A stretch of 64,000 nucleotides of DNA from the human T2T-CHM13v2.0 reference genome, Homo sapiens. The stretch is from NCBI RefSeq assembly GCF_009914755.1, contig NC_060925.1; one strand, given 5' to 3'. Every line of letters starts with the position of its first letter. The stretch's first letter is position 1. Positions 32,145 to 47,532 of the stretch are shown here, in pieces. A program made the translations under genes and the position numbers. A model generated the notes under the pieces. It was given only the letters and a program-made list of their open reading frames with translations. It made no database searches and had not been told where the DNA came from.

Positions 32145-33214
32145 CTAACAAAAGTTGAGCAAGACATACAGAGTAAATCATTACAGTATGATTGTCATTA
32201 ACAAAATGCCACTCATGTCATCCTGGTTTTCTATGACTTCACAGAAGAAAATACAATATTCTTTTTCTCCTATAGAATGAATTGACTCAAGATTCTAAAC
32301 AGATACAAATTATTGTGTTCAGGGTTTTTGTATAGTGAATGCAAACAGTATGCTTATTTGTACAGCATGATAAATTGGATTAAGAGCTAATGTTCACATT
32401 TTTTTCAGATTTCTGAACTTGATAAACATGTATAAATAGTCAATTAAATCAGATTCATTTTCTTTGGCAGAATAACCACCAATACCAGCACCAATGTATT
32501 CTTATTCCAACTGTACAGAAAAGTGGACTGAGGCAATTATAAAGCTTTTCAACAAATTCCTATCACAATTGTGTAAAATTTCTATGTAATATTTATGTTG
32601 GCCTTCAACAACTGTGTTTTAAGCTGAGTCATTTATTTCCTGATCTTTCAAAAGACTACACAATTTGAATGCGGATTTTCAGTAGACCAATGTAACACCT
32701 GTTGTAAGACCATTAATTCAAATCAAAAAAGAATTTTAAAAAGCTCTGACCTACAAAAAATACTGATTTTTTAGGATGCATAGGAATAGGATATATCTTG
32801 GCTATCTGGAATGTATGCTTACATAAGGTTACTTGGATTCACTTTATAGGTCCTATATCCCACAACTGATTCTGGCATCATTATTCTGAGAAATATTATT
32901 CTGAATTGAGTTTAATGCACAAACTATGGAAATATAAGAGATTCGGGCTGAATCTCCTGGATAATAGCCTCCACATATCCCTTGAAATTAATGACCATTT
33001 GCTTCATTCTCCTAAAAGTGGGGAATAAGAGATGCTAGTTAGCTGGGTTTTAACAAACTGGTACTTTACTACGATGGCAACAGTAATTCCTCTCAACACA
33101 AAAATCTCAGGACTCTGTTTGCATGCACATGAGCATAATTAATTTAAAAAATCAGATAGGTTAAATAGATCAGGACCCAAATCTCCTGAACAGTATAGGT
33201 TCAGGAATAGCTAT

Positions 33215-33278
33215 TAGGCCTTCTCCCTCCATCATTTAAGCTATTCATTTAGCTTAAATGATGGAGGGAGAAGGCCTA
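33215..33278. repeat. Perfect inverted repeat, 29-bp arms, 6-nt spacer
   Basis: TAGGCCTTCTCCCTCCATCATTTAAGCTA-ttcatt-TAGCTTAAATGATGGAGGGAGAAGGCCTA. Confidence 0.97.
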
Positions 33279-33512
33279 TGTGCTCTGTGGTCAGGAGAAG
33301 AGTTTAGAGCAGTTTCTCAGTTTGCAATTAAGTTTTGAGATTTAGTGGAGTGGCTGTCAACCTAAAATTTATTTGAAACTATGATTCACAGACCATATTA
33401 AAGAAAGAGGCCAGTTCAAATATAAAAGAGGTATAAAAGAAACATAAAAGAATGCCATATAAAGTGCTTTAAATATTAAATGTAAAGGCAAATTTTATAT
33501 AAAATATGAACA

Positions 33513-33784
33513 AGCCAGTTGCGGTGCTTCACGCCTGTAATCCCAACACTCTGAGAGGCTTGAGCCCAGGAGTTTGATACCAGCCTGGACAACATGGCAA
33601 AACCCCATCTCTACTAAAAATATAAAAATTAGCCAGACATGTTGGTGCACGCCTGTAGACCCTGCTACTCAGGAGGCTGGGGTGGGAGCATTGCTTGAGC
33701 CTGGGAGGTCACGGCTGCAGTGAGCCTTGATTGTGCCACTGCACTCCAGCCTGGGCAACAGAGCAAGACCCATCTCAAAAAAAA
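33513..33784 (+). mobile_element. Alu (J-type, left-arm deletion)
   Basis: Alu similarity. Confidence 0.9.
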
Positions 33785-34137
33785 CGAAATACCAGAAAAG
33801 TTTAAGGTCCACAATTCTGCACTTTGACTCATGATACAAATGTTCTCTAAGTCCCAGCTATTGTGTTTAATATATCTAATAATAGTAACAATCATTTATT
33901 TAATATATATTATGCACCAGAGATGGTGCTGGGCCCATTATGCATACACAATCTCATTTAAAAACCTGACGACACTTATGCAAAAGTAAGTATTGTTGGT
34001 ATTAAACAAAAGGAGGGAAGGAGGTTCAAAATCTAACTACAACTAAAAAGAAGAATCAGAGTGTGGATTCACAAAGGTCTGACTTCAAAATCTATAAATT
34101 TTCTGCAATATCACTTTGCTCTCTATAAAACTAAATA

Positions 34138-34796
34138 CAGTCAATCTCGTTCCCATTGTGGATTCCGTATTTTTAAGTCGGCCTGCCTGCTAAAATTTAT
34201 TTGTTAACCCCAAAATCAATACTCACAATTTCTGACTTTTGTAGTCATTCAGTAACATGTACAGAGCAGTGAAAAATGTTGAGTTGCCCGACATACACGT
34301 GCATTCCTACCAGAGGTCAGTCAGGTGACTTTCTTCCTACTCGTTTAAACTATCATACTGTAAACATATGTCCCTTTTGTAGTCTAAATTAGTACCAGAT
34401 TTTTTTTTGAATTGTTGTGCTTTTTGTGGGTGATTATTCTGTTTTAAATAGCCCCTTGTATAGTGCTGAGAAATGCCGTCTAGTGCTCCTAAGTGCAAGA
34501 AGGCTGGGATGTGCCTTATAGAGAAAAGACTTGATAAGCTTTGTTCAGCCATAAGTTATAGTGCTATTGGCCATGAGTTCGATGTTAGTAAGTCAACAAT
34601 ATATATTAAATGTCTCTAAACACAAACATAAACAAAACAAGGTTATCTATTGATCAGTTGGTGAAAATGTTGTGACCAGAGGCTTCCAGGAACCTAACCC
34701 TGTCTTTCCCTTAGGAGCCATGATTCAGTATTCCCTAATTCAATGTTTTCAGCAAGTGTATAGAATACAGTTATGGCAAATAGTCAGAATCAACTA
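34138..34796 (-). mobile_element. MER82-like TcMar-Tigger DNA transposon
   Basis: TA-flanked CAGTCAATC...GAATCAACTA ends; internal GTGACCAGAGGCTTCCAGGAACCTAACCCTG matches the recalled consensus. Confidence 0.8.
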
Positions 34797-35246
34797 TAAT
34801 ACAACTGAAAACTTTCCCCCAAAAAATGTTTACATTGATATTTCAGTAAAAGATTCTTCCTCTGTCATTTCCTTCAAAGATACTACATCATTATATTTAT
34901 GCAGTCATCATTCATCTGCTTAAGAAACCTTTTGTTGGCCTTCTGTTTAATGGGTTGCAGCTCCATGTGTTTTACTTTGCTCCGAAAATTAATCTCTCTT
35001 AAAAACAATCTGGCTTTCCAGTGTGAAAGTTTAAGGCAATTAAATTTCACTTCTTATTACCAGATGTCATGGATACTGTGTAAAGATGACTGTTTTGTGA
35101 GATTATGATTTTTAAAACTAGATATTATAGTTATACATAATATAAACAGCATAAGCAACAACAACAACAATGAAAACTTAGCAAATGAAATCAGAGAAAT
35201 AGCAGCACAAATTGGAACTCTTACCTTTCTTGCCCAAGTCAGAGAT

Positions 35247-35252
35247 TTTATT
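35247..35252 (-). terminator. Candidate distal poly(A) signal for the short GPATCH2 isoform (~2 kb 3'UTR)
   Basis: AATAAA on minus strand with an upstream U-run (35254-35263) and a downstream (GTT)n GU-rich tract near 35153-35171; 35250-37200 has no recognisable interspersed repeats. Confidence 0.55.
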
Positions 35253-37172
35253 GAAAAAAAAAAATTACAGTACTTAAAAATTCAAACAAGGACAATTCAG
35301 GGTTGAAAGAAAGAAAACCCGAAGGAGTCCATTGTCTTCAGTAAAGTTTTAAATACAAAAAACATAGACCAGAAAAACAGCTTATGGCCTAATGCACTAG
35401 TTCCATGATAAACACACATATATAGTATGTCTCCATCAAGTGAAACTTCATCACCTTTTTACAATTTAGAGAGGGAAAGCAGCTTTTAGTATGGTTAAGC
35501 CATGTATCATCAATACCATGAAGCTAGCCTATCAGTTGTAATAGCTTCTATAAAATACCACAGTGAGATTGCAATAAGCCTAGAAAATGGGCTACAAATC
35601 CCAGCTATGCTCAAGCAAGCAGTGAACCAAAAATAAAAATAGGTAAAACTGAACCAAGAACTAGATAGCATTCATCTAGATTCATGATTGATAAGGCAAA
35701 GTTCATAGGCCAAGGTTTTAAAGTGACTTATTCAGATCTAAAAGACAGTCATTATACAAAATAAAACAAAAGCATTTATGTAATTCAGAAAAAAAACATG
35801 AATTTTCACTCCAAAGACATAGCACAGAAAAGCTTACTTACAATTACCAACACCACACTATTGTACCTTTAAATATGCAAAGGTAAAGAGACTCAAAGTT
35901 GCATTTTACCATTTTTAATCTCTCCAAATTAGACAAGCAATCTAAAAGAAGATGTCACACATTCCTGCTTAATGCATTTGCTGAAATCTTTCAGACTTTA
36001 AAAACTTTAGGTAAAAGCAATGGCAACTTGAAGTTTCTTTTCCAATCATATTTAAGTTAGCCATTAAATGCTGAATTAACAATTAATCCATACAATAATA
36101 TAAAAATACACATATTAAATCACATTGTTTTTCATTATTGAAGCTTAATAAAAATATCATTTTAATATAACCATTTTGAAGAACTCAAATGGCTGAACTT
36201 ATTATAGTGTCTAAATTATACCATCAATAGAAACATTACATTTTCCCCCCAGTTGGTGAAAATGAGCTCATGCAAGTATTTCTGACACTCACAGTGACAC
36301 ATATGGTCTGCCATTCTAAAGATGTACAAGCAGCTCTCACTTTTAAACATGACAATATGATTCAGAATCACACAGCATTTGTTAAAAATACCAGCTTTCA
36401 CATGTTTCATTAAGCTCTAAACCAAAATAATAATTTTGATGTGTTTCAGGTATCAGACAAAGCAGATAATTTAAAAGGTAAATGATTCTACTAGTGCAGA
36501 CTAGTTATCACTGTGGCTAATTTAAAACGAGGATGATTTTTGCAGTACAATGAAAGCTATACTATAAAATACAATGAGTTTGCAATACAGAGCAGATTAC
36601 CCAAGTAGAAAGGAAGCTGAACAAAATACAAACTCCAGCAAAGATTATCAACCTTACCTACTACTCATCTTAGCCCTTGTTAAAATACCCTGAGTAAAAT
36701 GCAAATATTTTAAATAATGCTGGTTATATAAGACTTCTCTAAAAATGAACCATAAATGTCAATGCATCATGATTTTTATTTACAACAGTCAGATATGTAA
36801 AAATTAATTCTTAATCAGTCACAATATAAACATTAAGGAATACTTGTCGATCTGGAAGTTTAAAATTTTCTAGCTTTGTTAGCATTTTGGCAAAGCAAGT
36901 ATACATAAATGGATTCAATGTAAAAAAAAAACCATAAAAGAGAAAAATATATAATTTACAGTAGTTTCTATCCACCCTGGGCCAACCTAAATCCCTAGAA
37001 AGCCTCCCCAGTCAGGTTCACTTCTGACTAAAAGGAAGAATACCAGTCCTCCAGCAAAAACAGCCCCATCTTTTCATCAAAGAGGCTCTCACTTCAATGA
37101 TATTCCTCCAGGGAAGAGGACAGGAGCCAGGTTCCCTCGAATGTCATTCCCCAGATGTTCAAAACGTAACTA

Positions 37173-37460
<288 letters not shown>

Positions 37461-37921
37461 TTAGAAGTTTTCTATGATCACTGAAGCATAGAAGAAGAAG
37501 AGGATCCTATCAATAGAGAAAGAAAAGTAAGTTGGTGGTGGCGGTGAATGCCACGAATATTATTTGGGAAAATGCAAAACTCACACTTAAAAAAACTGAA
37601 GCAATGCCTAGCAAAGTACTAAGGCAGTCAGCACTTAACTAACCAGTGTTCAATCACTAGAGTAATAAATACCCATTTTCTTTTTTCCGAATTAACATTC
37701 TTATCATTTCAACATTTTCTCAATGAGCCTAGCAAGAAAGCAAGTCAATTTTTCTAATAATTTGAAAGCATGATAAATGTAGTAGCTATATTAGTGGCCA
37801 ATATGTTTCTTTACAGCATCTTGTGTTTACATTCTCTAATTTCCACTTTATCTTATCCTCCTTGAATGAATATTCCTAGACTGACCTTAAACCCATTATA
37901 TCTACCAGGGAGCCAGTGCTA

Positions 37922-38170
<249 letters not shown>

Positions 38171-38269
38171 TTAGTCTTGTCAGGTAATAAAAATACAAGA
38201 TGGCAGTTAAATTTGAATTTGAGATCAATGACTAACTTTTAATATAAGTATTATATACTTGCACTAAAT

Positions 38270-38382
38270 TTTTGGTGGAAATATGTCTAAGTACTGCATG
38301 GGACATACCTGTACTAAAAAATTATGTGTTATTTACCTACAATTTAAATGTAATTGGGGATCCTATGTTTTATTTGACAACT
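38270..38382. mobile_element. MER53-like fragment
   Basis: TGCATGGGACATACCTGTACTAAAAAATTA...TTTTATTTGACAAC. Confidence 0.55.
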
Positions 38383-38935
38383 GCATATACAATCTATAAG
38401 GAAAACTTTTTATTTTATACCACAGCTTCACTTAAGAAATGTTATCTTAAGACTCTAAGAACTGCCAGCAACAAAAACACAAAATATTATGTTTTAGAAC
38501 CAATTTTAAAATGTGAAAAACAATAATAAACTGGTTAATCCTTTGGCAAAAACTATTAGAAAATCCATTTAAGTTACTACCCCTTCCACGTTAAGAAAAA
38601 ACAAACCTTAATCTGCTCCTGGGAATTAAAAAGTATTAAAACTGTGGAACCCTTTCTTTGCAGCAGATATAGGTATATAATTAGCTTAATTTCATGATTT
38701 GTATGGAGTGTAAAAGGGGAAACAATCATGAACAGATGTGACTAAATGAAATTAATCCAATTAAGCTCATTAAGAAATAGTTTTGAAAAAGTTGATTTTA
38801 AATGAAAAGTGACAATACCTTAGAGTTTATGAAGAAACTATATTAAATAATCGAGATGTTTTTGCCCAACAAAACATTTTTTGTCTGTGAGACAAAAACA
38901 CAGAAGACAGATGGCTTTTAAAAGAAAGAGACACA

Positions 38936-39262
38936 GGCCAGTCATGGTGGCTCATGTGTGTAATCCCAGTGCTTTGAGAGGCCAAAGTGGGAGGATCATT
39001 TGAGGTTAGGAGTTCCAGACCAACCTGGGCAAGAAAGCGAGACCCTGTCTCTACAAAAAGATTAAAAATTAGCCGGGCATGATGACATGCACCTGTAGTC
39101 CTAGCTACTCGGGAGTCTGAGGCAGGAGGATCCCTTGAGCCCAGCAGTTTGGGGTTACAGTGAGCTATGATTGCACCACCAGCCCTCCAGCCTGGACCAC
39201 AGGGCGAGACCTTGTGTTAAAAAAAAAAGATAGAGAAAAGAAAAGAAAAACAGAAAGAAACA
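38936..39262 (+). mobile_element. Alu (J-type) in GPATCH2 intron 3
   Basis: Alu similarity, degenerate A tail. Confidence 0.92.
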
Positions 39263-41131
39263 AACAGCATTTTTAAGATGATCTGCGATTCATTAAAGTC
39301 TCCTTCCCTTGATTATGAGAAGCCACCACTAATTCTGGTTTCTAAGAGGGTCGTTGTAATTGTCATAAACTTTTCCCTTTACAGAAAGATATTTCTGATT
39401 TCTAAAATCTCTTACAACAGACATCTTTAAAGGAAAACTAAAAATACTCTTAAGCTTCAGTTGAAAATTATTTTATGAGAAATAGCTATATTTCAACTAA
39501 GTCACAATGGAAAATTAAAGGCATTTCAAAAATTAGAGTCATCAGCTCGTTTCTACTGGGGAATTAATTAAAAAAATTTTTCAAAAAACACAATTAACAG
39601 CACTTAGATATCAGGACTTTTACTGAGCTTTACATTAAAATTACACAGATCAGGTTTAAGCATAAGAAAAAACAGGGCCTCACTTGAAACTGACTACCAT
39701 ATATCTGAATTCCAACACTATTACAGAAAAATAAAGTTATTTTATTTTTGATGTAATACACAACTTTATTCTTCAATAGGGAAATCAAATAGTCATTGAT
39801 TAAGAACTTGCTCTGAAATCAGACAGACCAATTAGAATTCTAGTGTCTGTAACATCAGGAAAGTTACTTCAACTCTATTAGAGTCAGTTTCTTCATTTTA
39901 AAAACTTGGGAATCTCAAAGGGATTTTAAGAATTAATTAAAAACTTAAATGCAAGGAAAACACTTAGCAACGTGAAACATAGTAAGTTCACAATAAATGC
40001 TGGCATATCATTCTAAGCCTTTCCATACTTATCAAAGATTGACAGGCTTGTCAAAGTTTTTTTTTACTTTTTTTCATTTCATTTTATTTCATAACCAATA
40101 TCAGCATTTATAATACAATCCTGAGAAAAGATCTGTATTTTAATGAGAATTTAAGTATATTATCAGGATGGTTACCCTTGCATTTAGCCCCAGCATTCTA
40201 ACATATTTCAGCAAAGTATCAACTTTAAAGTCCATGGTCTTTCAAACAGTTATGTACCTATTCATTTAGGACAAATAGTTTACAAGCAGGCAAAAAAGAA
40301 TGATCACTTATGTTTTTTGTACTGCCAAAAGGATGAACAGACTAAGAAAAAAAGTATAGGAGGCTACTTTGTCCTTTTCTTATAACATCATTAACTAAAT
40401 TTATAATTTAAAATTTATATTAGTGTTTTTCACTTGGAACTTACTGTCTTCCTCTAATGTATTCTTAAGAAAGGAAGAAAACATTTGTGATAGGTATCTG
40501 TATGTATGATTTGTATGGAGCGTAAAAGGGAAACAATCATGAGCAGGTGTGACTAAATGAAATTAATCCTATTAAGGATTAATCCTGCTCCCTTATTAAG
40601 GTTTTTTTAAATTTTTCATAGCTTCAAAATACTGCCATGTTACAGACTGAAGCTTCTGGAAGTTTCAAAGATGGAAAACATATAAGTTGCAAGACATTTC
40701 TGTTTAATGGTTTACAATATTGAATTCATAAAAATCATCTAATTACTTACAAACTGGATAGAATGAATAAATGTCACAGCTGAATAAAAATGACAAATGA
40801 CTTGGAAATCCACCTTTATGAATGCTTAAACAGTTTTAAGTACATCTGGAATTAGAGAATGAGAACCAGTTTCTTTCAAACTTGCTAAAAGAGAGAAAAT
40901 CAAAAAGGTACCTAGAGCTTTCTCAAACAAGATAATCCTTCCTTAATATTATTAGCTCCACATACTAGCTTTTGGAGATAATCAATTACTTAGGTCATGA
41001 AGACAGGACACCCTCCATAGCATATAAAAAACCAGCTACGATACTAAATCCTAGTTCACTAAGTAATATGTGTAAGGTAAATGGATTGCAGTCATCAACT
41101 TATGAAATAACCAGTAATAAGCTCCACTTTA

Positions 41132-41302
<171 letters not shown>

Positions 41303-43009
41303 TTAAAGAGACATGGCAGCTCAGAGATGGAACTTAAGCCTGACAAAGATCTGAAAGAAAATAAGATGATTTTTTTTTTAATCAAACTGCTAATATCCTG
41401 GTTCCATTCACTACAGAGCATATTATTTTTGGCACATAAAACCACAGGAATCTAATGGGACCCTGACAGTAAGCCAGATGTGACTGCAACGAGATGCTGA
41501 CACAATTGATGCATTTTATCATGTACTTTCATCAAATGCTCACTGCTCCTTTCTTACGCCATGCAATTCAGCTTGAGCCTGGAACACCACTGCTCAATAA
41601 AATGGGAAAAGTCTCAATCAAAAGCAGGCTAAGCCTTTCCTCAGCACATGAAATACAAAGGACTAGGATGAGATTACTTTTCATAACCACATTTACAAAT
41701 ATTCTGGAGAAGACATTACTTAAGAATTCACAACAACTCTATTAGTTTGCAAGGAAAAAAAAAGTTTAAAACGGTGATAATCCATTATATCGAAGTTAAG
41801 GTCACTTTTAAGCAAAAAAAAAAAAAAAATAATATTACAAATATTAAGGAGGGAGTGTGTACATATATTCCCACAGAAGCTCCAGAGTCAAATCTAACAT
41901 ACAAATAAAACAAATAGCAGATATTTGAATAACATAAACAAACTGTTACTATTCTAATAGAAGTAATGCTTATATGACAGTCTAGTTTAAAATACCAGGA
42001 GAACAAAGTCATATAATATAATGAGAGGCTTAGCTTTTAAAGAAAATTTAGTGATGTTCTTTAAAAATTCTCATGTATTTTATTTTTACTGTAATTCTTA
42101 ATTTTAACCAATCAGGAAATCATCCCTTTTTTTAATTAAAATACTTTTTCCATTAATATGTAGAATTCCATAATCTTATTTTTTAATAAGGCATCCTAAC
42201 TTGTTTTAAAATATTTAAATTGAGAAGTTTAGGATTAAAATTATAGATGAGATCTAAATTCACATACATTTTCTGAATATAATTTGTTTCTGTTCGATTT
42301 CTTAAAAAATAAATATTAATGAAGAATATAGGAATTTCTTAAGAGGCACATTCTTCCAAGGAGTTCTGAATTTAGACCTCTCTCTAGCTTTCTTCCAAAT
42401 TAAGTGCATGTACAAAGCTCCCTATATTGTACAATTGGTAATGAAAAAATATTTTCTAAGAGCATCACAACCAAATTTTCTTATTTACAAATATATATGC
42501 TCTTCTATGCACTATAATGTGAGAGTGTTAAAATCACCTCAGAAACTATCTTTCTGACATTTCGCTGTCTAAACTACTATTGATACTTTCCTCTTTCCTG
42601 TGTGCCCCCCATTAACACAACTCAAATGAAGGGTCTCATATACACCTCAGGTCACAGTTCCTTTTCTGAAACCCTTGAGGCAAAATGTATTTAAAATTCT
42701 GAATTACTCAAATTTTAGCAAGGTATATTCTAAAATGCCTCGGAGGAGTCTGGGATAGTACTCCATAAAACAGATTAATATATTTCTTCAATTAAATGAA
42801 TGAATATCCACATTAAGTACAGGTCAAATTAAATTTGGCCACAAGTGAATTAGTTTTTCATAGCTTTTCAGAGTTCAGATTTGCAGACAAAGCATTATGA
42901 ATTGATGTGCTATTTTTTCTAGACCATGATCTTCTAATCTGAATTCAGATTTACCCCTCTCTAATCTATTCTACATACAGCCAGGTTCATCTTTTCAAAA
43001 TAAAACAAG

Positions 43010-43262
43010 TTGACTAAAAGTAATGTGATATTCTGAAACCAAAAAAGGACATTAAATAACAGCAAAGGAAATTCTAATAAACTATGAACTTTACTTACAA
43101 ATATATCAATTTTGTTTCATTAATTGTGAGAGATTAACCATAGTAATGTACAATATTAACAACAGGAGAAAGTGGATTTGGGATATATGGGAATGTGATT
43201 TACATGAACTCTCTGAACTATCTTTACAACTTTTCTGTAAATTTACATCTATTCCAAAGAAA
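43010..43262 (+). mobile_element. L1MB/MC-type 3' fragment
   Basis: GAACTCTCTGAACTATCTTTACAACTTTTCTGTAAATTTA. Confidence 0.6.
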
Positions 43263-45252
43263 GTAGTTGATAAACTATGCACACACACATACACACACGT
43301 GTACATTATAGAACAGTCTTCTATTTAAAAATTTAAAATTACTTCAACACTTGTTGAATTAAATTTAGATTTCAAGACTTTCTATGGATGGGCCTCCATC
43401 TAAATTCTTCTTATTCCCATCTCTGGTCCTTTTGTTTATGTTCTTTTCCCAGTGGTATGCCTATCTCCACTCTCTTCCCTCTCCACCTGTCCAAGCTCTT
43501 GAAGATATAAGGAAATCAGAATTCCCTCTCTTCCAGCTCTGAGTCCTTAATGATCCTTGTCCTACTTTGAGGTATGTTGGCATGCATGTATACAACATGT
43601 TTCTTGATTTACATTTCACCTCATTGGTATCTAGAGTTGTTCCGTGTACATTATGTACGTGTTTCTATGTTCAATAAATCAGAACAAGAACTTAAATAGA
43701 AACAAGCCTTTTATTTTCAGCAGCTGACAGTCATTACGGCTTATCTCCAAAGACACCCTTTCCTTGGAGATTCACCTTTTTAGAGTGAATTTTATAACAC
43801 GGTATTTGGATGAGAATATATTCCACATATGCTGGATGAACAAATATATGTACACTAATATCAATCACTTGCCCCAATTTGTTCAATTCCTATATTTTCC
43901 GTAGAGTCCTCTTTCTCATTCATCCTCCCAAATAGTCAGTCAACCTCCCATCGATTCTAACTCTTAAAATTGGTCTCAAATACTCTCAAATACTTAGTTC
44001 TCTCTGCTATCATATCGTAATTCACTTCCCACTTAAGCATGGATTGGAGGTCAAAGATAAACAAAATACAGCTATAAAGATCACACTATCTTGAAAAAAT
44101 GTAAATCAACTTGAGTTTCTTCACTGTTAAAAATTCTTCACTGATCCCATTGACTATAAGATGATAAAATCCAAACTATTTACCATAGCAGATAGACCTC
44201 TGAGAAATGCTTTTTGCTGTAATTCTGATCCCACTTTATTGCCGGTAAAAACAAAGTATGTATTTTCATTTCACAATTCATGCCTTTGCACAAGCTGCTC
44301 CCTCTCTACCTATGAATGCCATTTCCCTCTCTTCTCTTGACTTCCTCAATTCCTGAACAAGTCTTACTACTTGCTTTAAAGCACAGTTCCCTTAGCAAGT
44401 CTTCCCTCACTAATACTTTCCACTCAGCACATTTCATTTTCATCATTTGCTTGCCTGGCTATCCCAGACTATGCAGCTGTTGAGAACAGAGTCTCCATTA
44501 TTAGTCCAGGTGCCACCAGTGAAGAGTAAATTGTAGTTAATCATCAATGTTTGTTAAATCTGACACACACACACAGCCCCCCACACTGAAGTTTCTCTTA
44601 TTTATAAATCAACCCCAAGGAAATATAAAGCTTTTTGTAGTAGGAAAGCTTTGGAAGTAGTCTTGAAAACGCTTATACTTGTTACCAAAATACCTTAAAT
44701 ATTTAGCAATCTTTGCACAGAAGGAATTTGCACCTAACTTTTAAGTGACAACAGAAAATAGTTTATAAATAAGTTTCAAATCAGAGAAAATATATTTTTT
44801 AACATTTATTCAAGAGTAAAAACATACTCTGAAAACGTGTACCTGGGCTGTTTGTGGACTGCTAGGTAGCCTGTTCATGCCTAGTAGATACTCAAATACT
44901 TTTTACAATGAAAAGAAATGAAAAATGAGAGTTTGATCTCATATCCATTACCAGTTACATGTCCTATAAAAAAGCAGATCAATAAAAGGAGAACTAAAAA
45001 AAAGGGGGGGAGCTTGCACAATGAATCCAAAAAGCAGGTAATCTAATTGTAAATAATCCAGAATTGAGTATGTTATATCAGCTGCCACATACTCTCCCTC
45101 CCGGTAATTGAGTCAGACAATTACTTTCAAGTAAGGTTGAATGGTCTTAAGTCACAATGGCCTAATACAAATAATACTTATTTCCATATAAGAATGACAA
45201 TTTTCTTGCAAGAAAAACAGATACCATAAACTTTTCAAAGCCCTCTGGAAAC

Positions 45253-45538
45253 TTTTTTTTTTTTTTTTTTTTGAGATAGAGTCTTGCTCTGTCGCAGTGG
45301 CACGATCTTGGATGTCTGTAATCTCCGCCTCCCAGGTTCAAGCAATTCTCCTGCCTCAGCCTCCTGAGTAGCTGGGACTCGGCGCACATCACCACACTCG
45401 GCTAATTTTTGTATTTTTGCTAGAGACGGGGTTTCACCATACTGGTCTGGCTGGTCTCAAACTCCTGACCTCAGGTGATCCACCAGCCTCAGCCTACCAA
45501 AGTGCTGGGAGTAAAAGCATGAGCCGCCATGCTCAGCC
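45253..45538 (-). mobile_element. Alu (S-type, small deletions) in intron 2
   Basis: Alu similarity, long T-run. Confidence 0.93.
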
Positions 45539-45731
45539 ACAATTTTTTAATGTAAGTAATTTTTACTTCTTTAGAAAAATTATATGACTAGCACACCATG
45601 TCTAATAAAAGGATAATTCCATAAACTTTTACCAGGTCCCACTCATTTACAAGCAAAAAAACCCCAAAAAAACAAAATAAAAAATAAAAACCAAATAAAA
45701 GATTGATAGCTCACCACAATTCACATGATTA

Positions 45732-46008
<277 letters not shown>

Positions 46009-46812
46009 GATAGCAGCCCTATAAATTAAAAATCAATTACTCTTTCTCAGGCCATATTTACAGACTGTTTTTTTCTGGCTCATAGTTCAGCATTCGGTTT
46101 TGCGGACCCATGCCTAAAAGGAAAAAGTGTTAATACATTCTCATTTCTTGCAAGTAGCATCACTTCATCATTTCAGTATAAAAGAAAAATGATCACTTAC
46201 CTTTTGATGCTGTCAAAATAGTACTTAACAATTATTGACAGATTAGATTTACTACCACAGGACCATTGTTTTCCTATTTTTCTAATGACAAAACCAGGTG
46301 TTTCTAGACTATAAATTGGGTTTTAAAATTCATAAGTGATCAGAATTCCTAGAAAGCTCCAGATTTTTTATGTCAAGCCACAGACATGTCGAAGTGGTAT
46401 AAACTTTTGATGTTCAAGAATCAGGATAGATTAATGAATTGTGACACTCTATAAAGTACCAAAAGCTAAAGGTCTATAATTAAACATATAATTATATATC
46501 CAATTCTGAGTTACAAACGTGCTGTTATTCAAAAGCACATTCTTTTCCACTGAAAATCCATTTCCTTTCCTCCTTGTAGCTGAAAATTGAGTCATTATAA
46601 TACAATCAAAAGACTTTGTGTAAATCAAACAAGCAATTTTGCTTTGTGCTAAACATCATAAAGTATAAGGAAATATAACCATAGCTAAACAGTAATATCA
46701 CTATCATTATTACAATTTATAATTATTTTAAAATAGAATTAATTAAAATATAAAACATTCAACCACAAACACTGGAGATAAATATTTTTATATTTAGAGA
46801 ATATAAAAGTCA

Positions 46813-47532
<720 letters not shown>

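Noticed and set aside
38694-38765. Possible intronic C/D-box snoRNA
   Set aside because: No proper RTGATGA/CTGA pair with a terminal stem on the host (minus) strand
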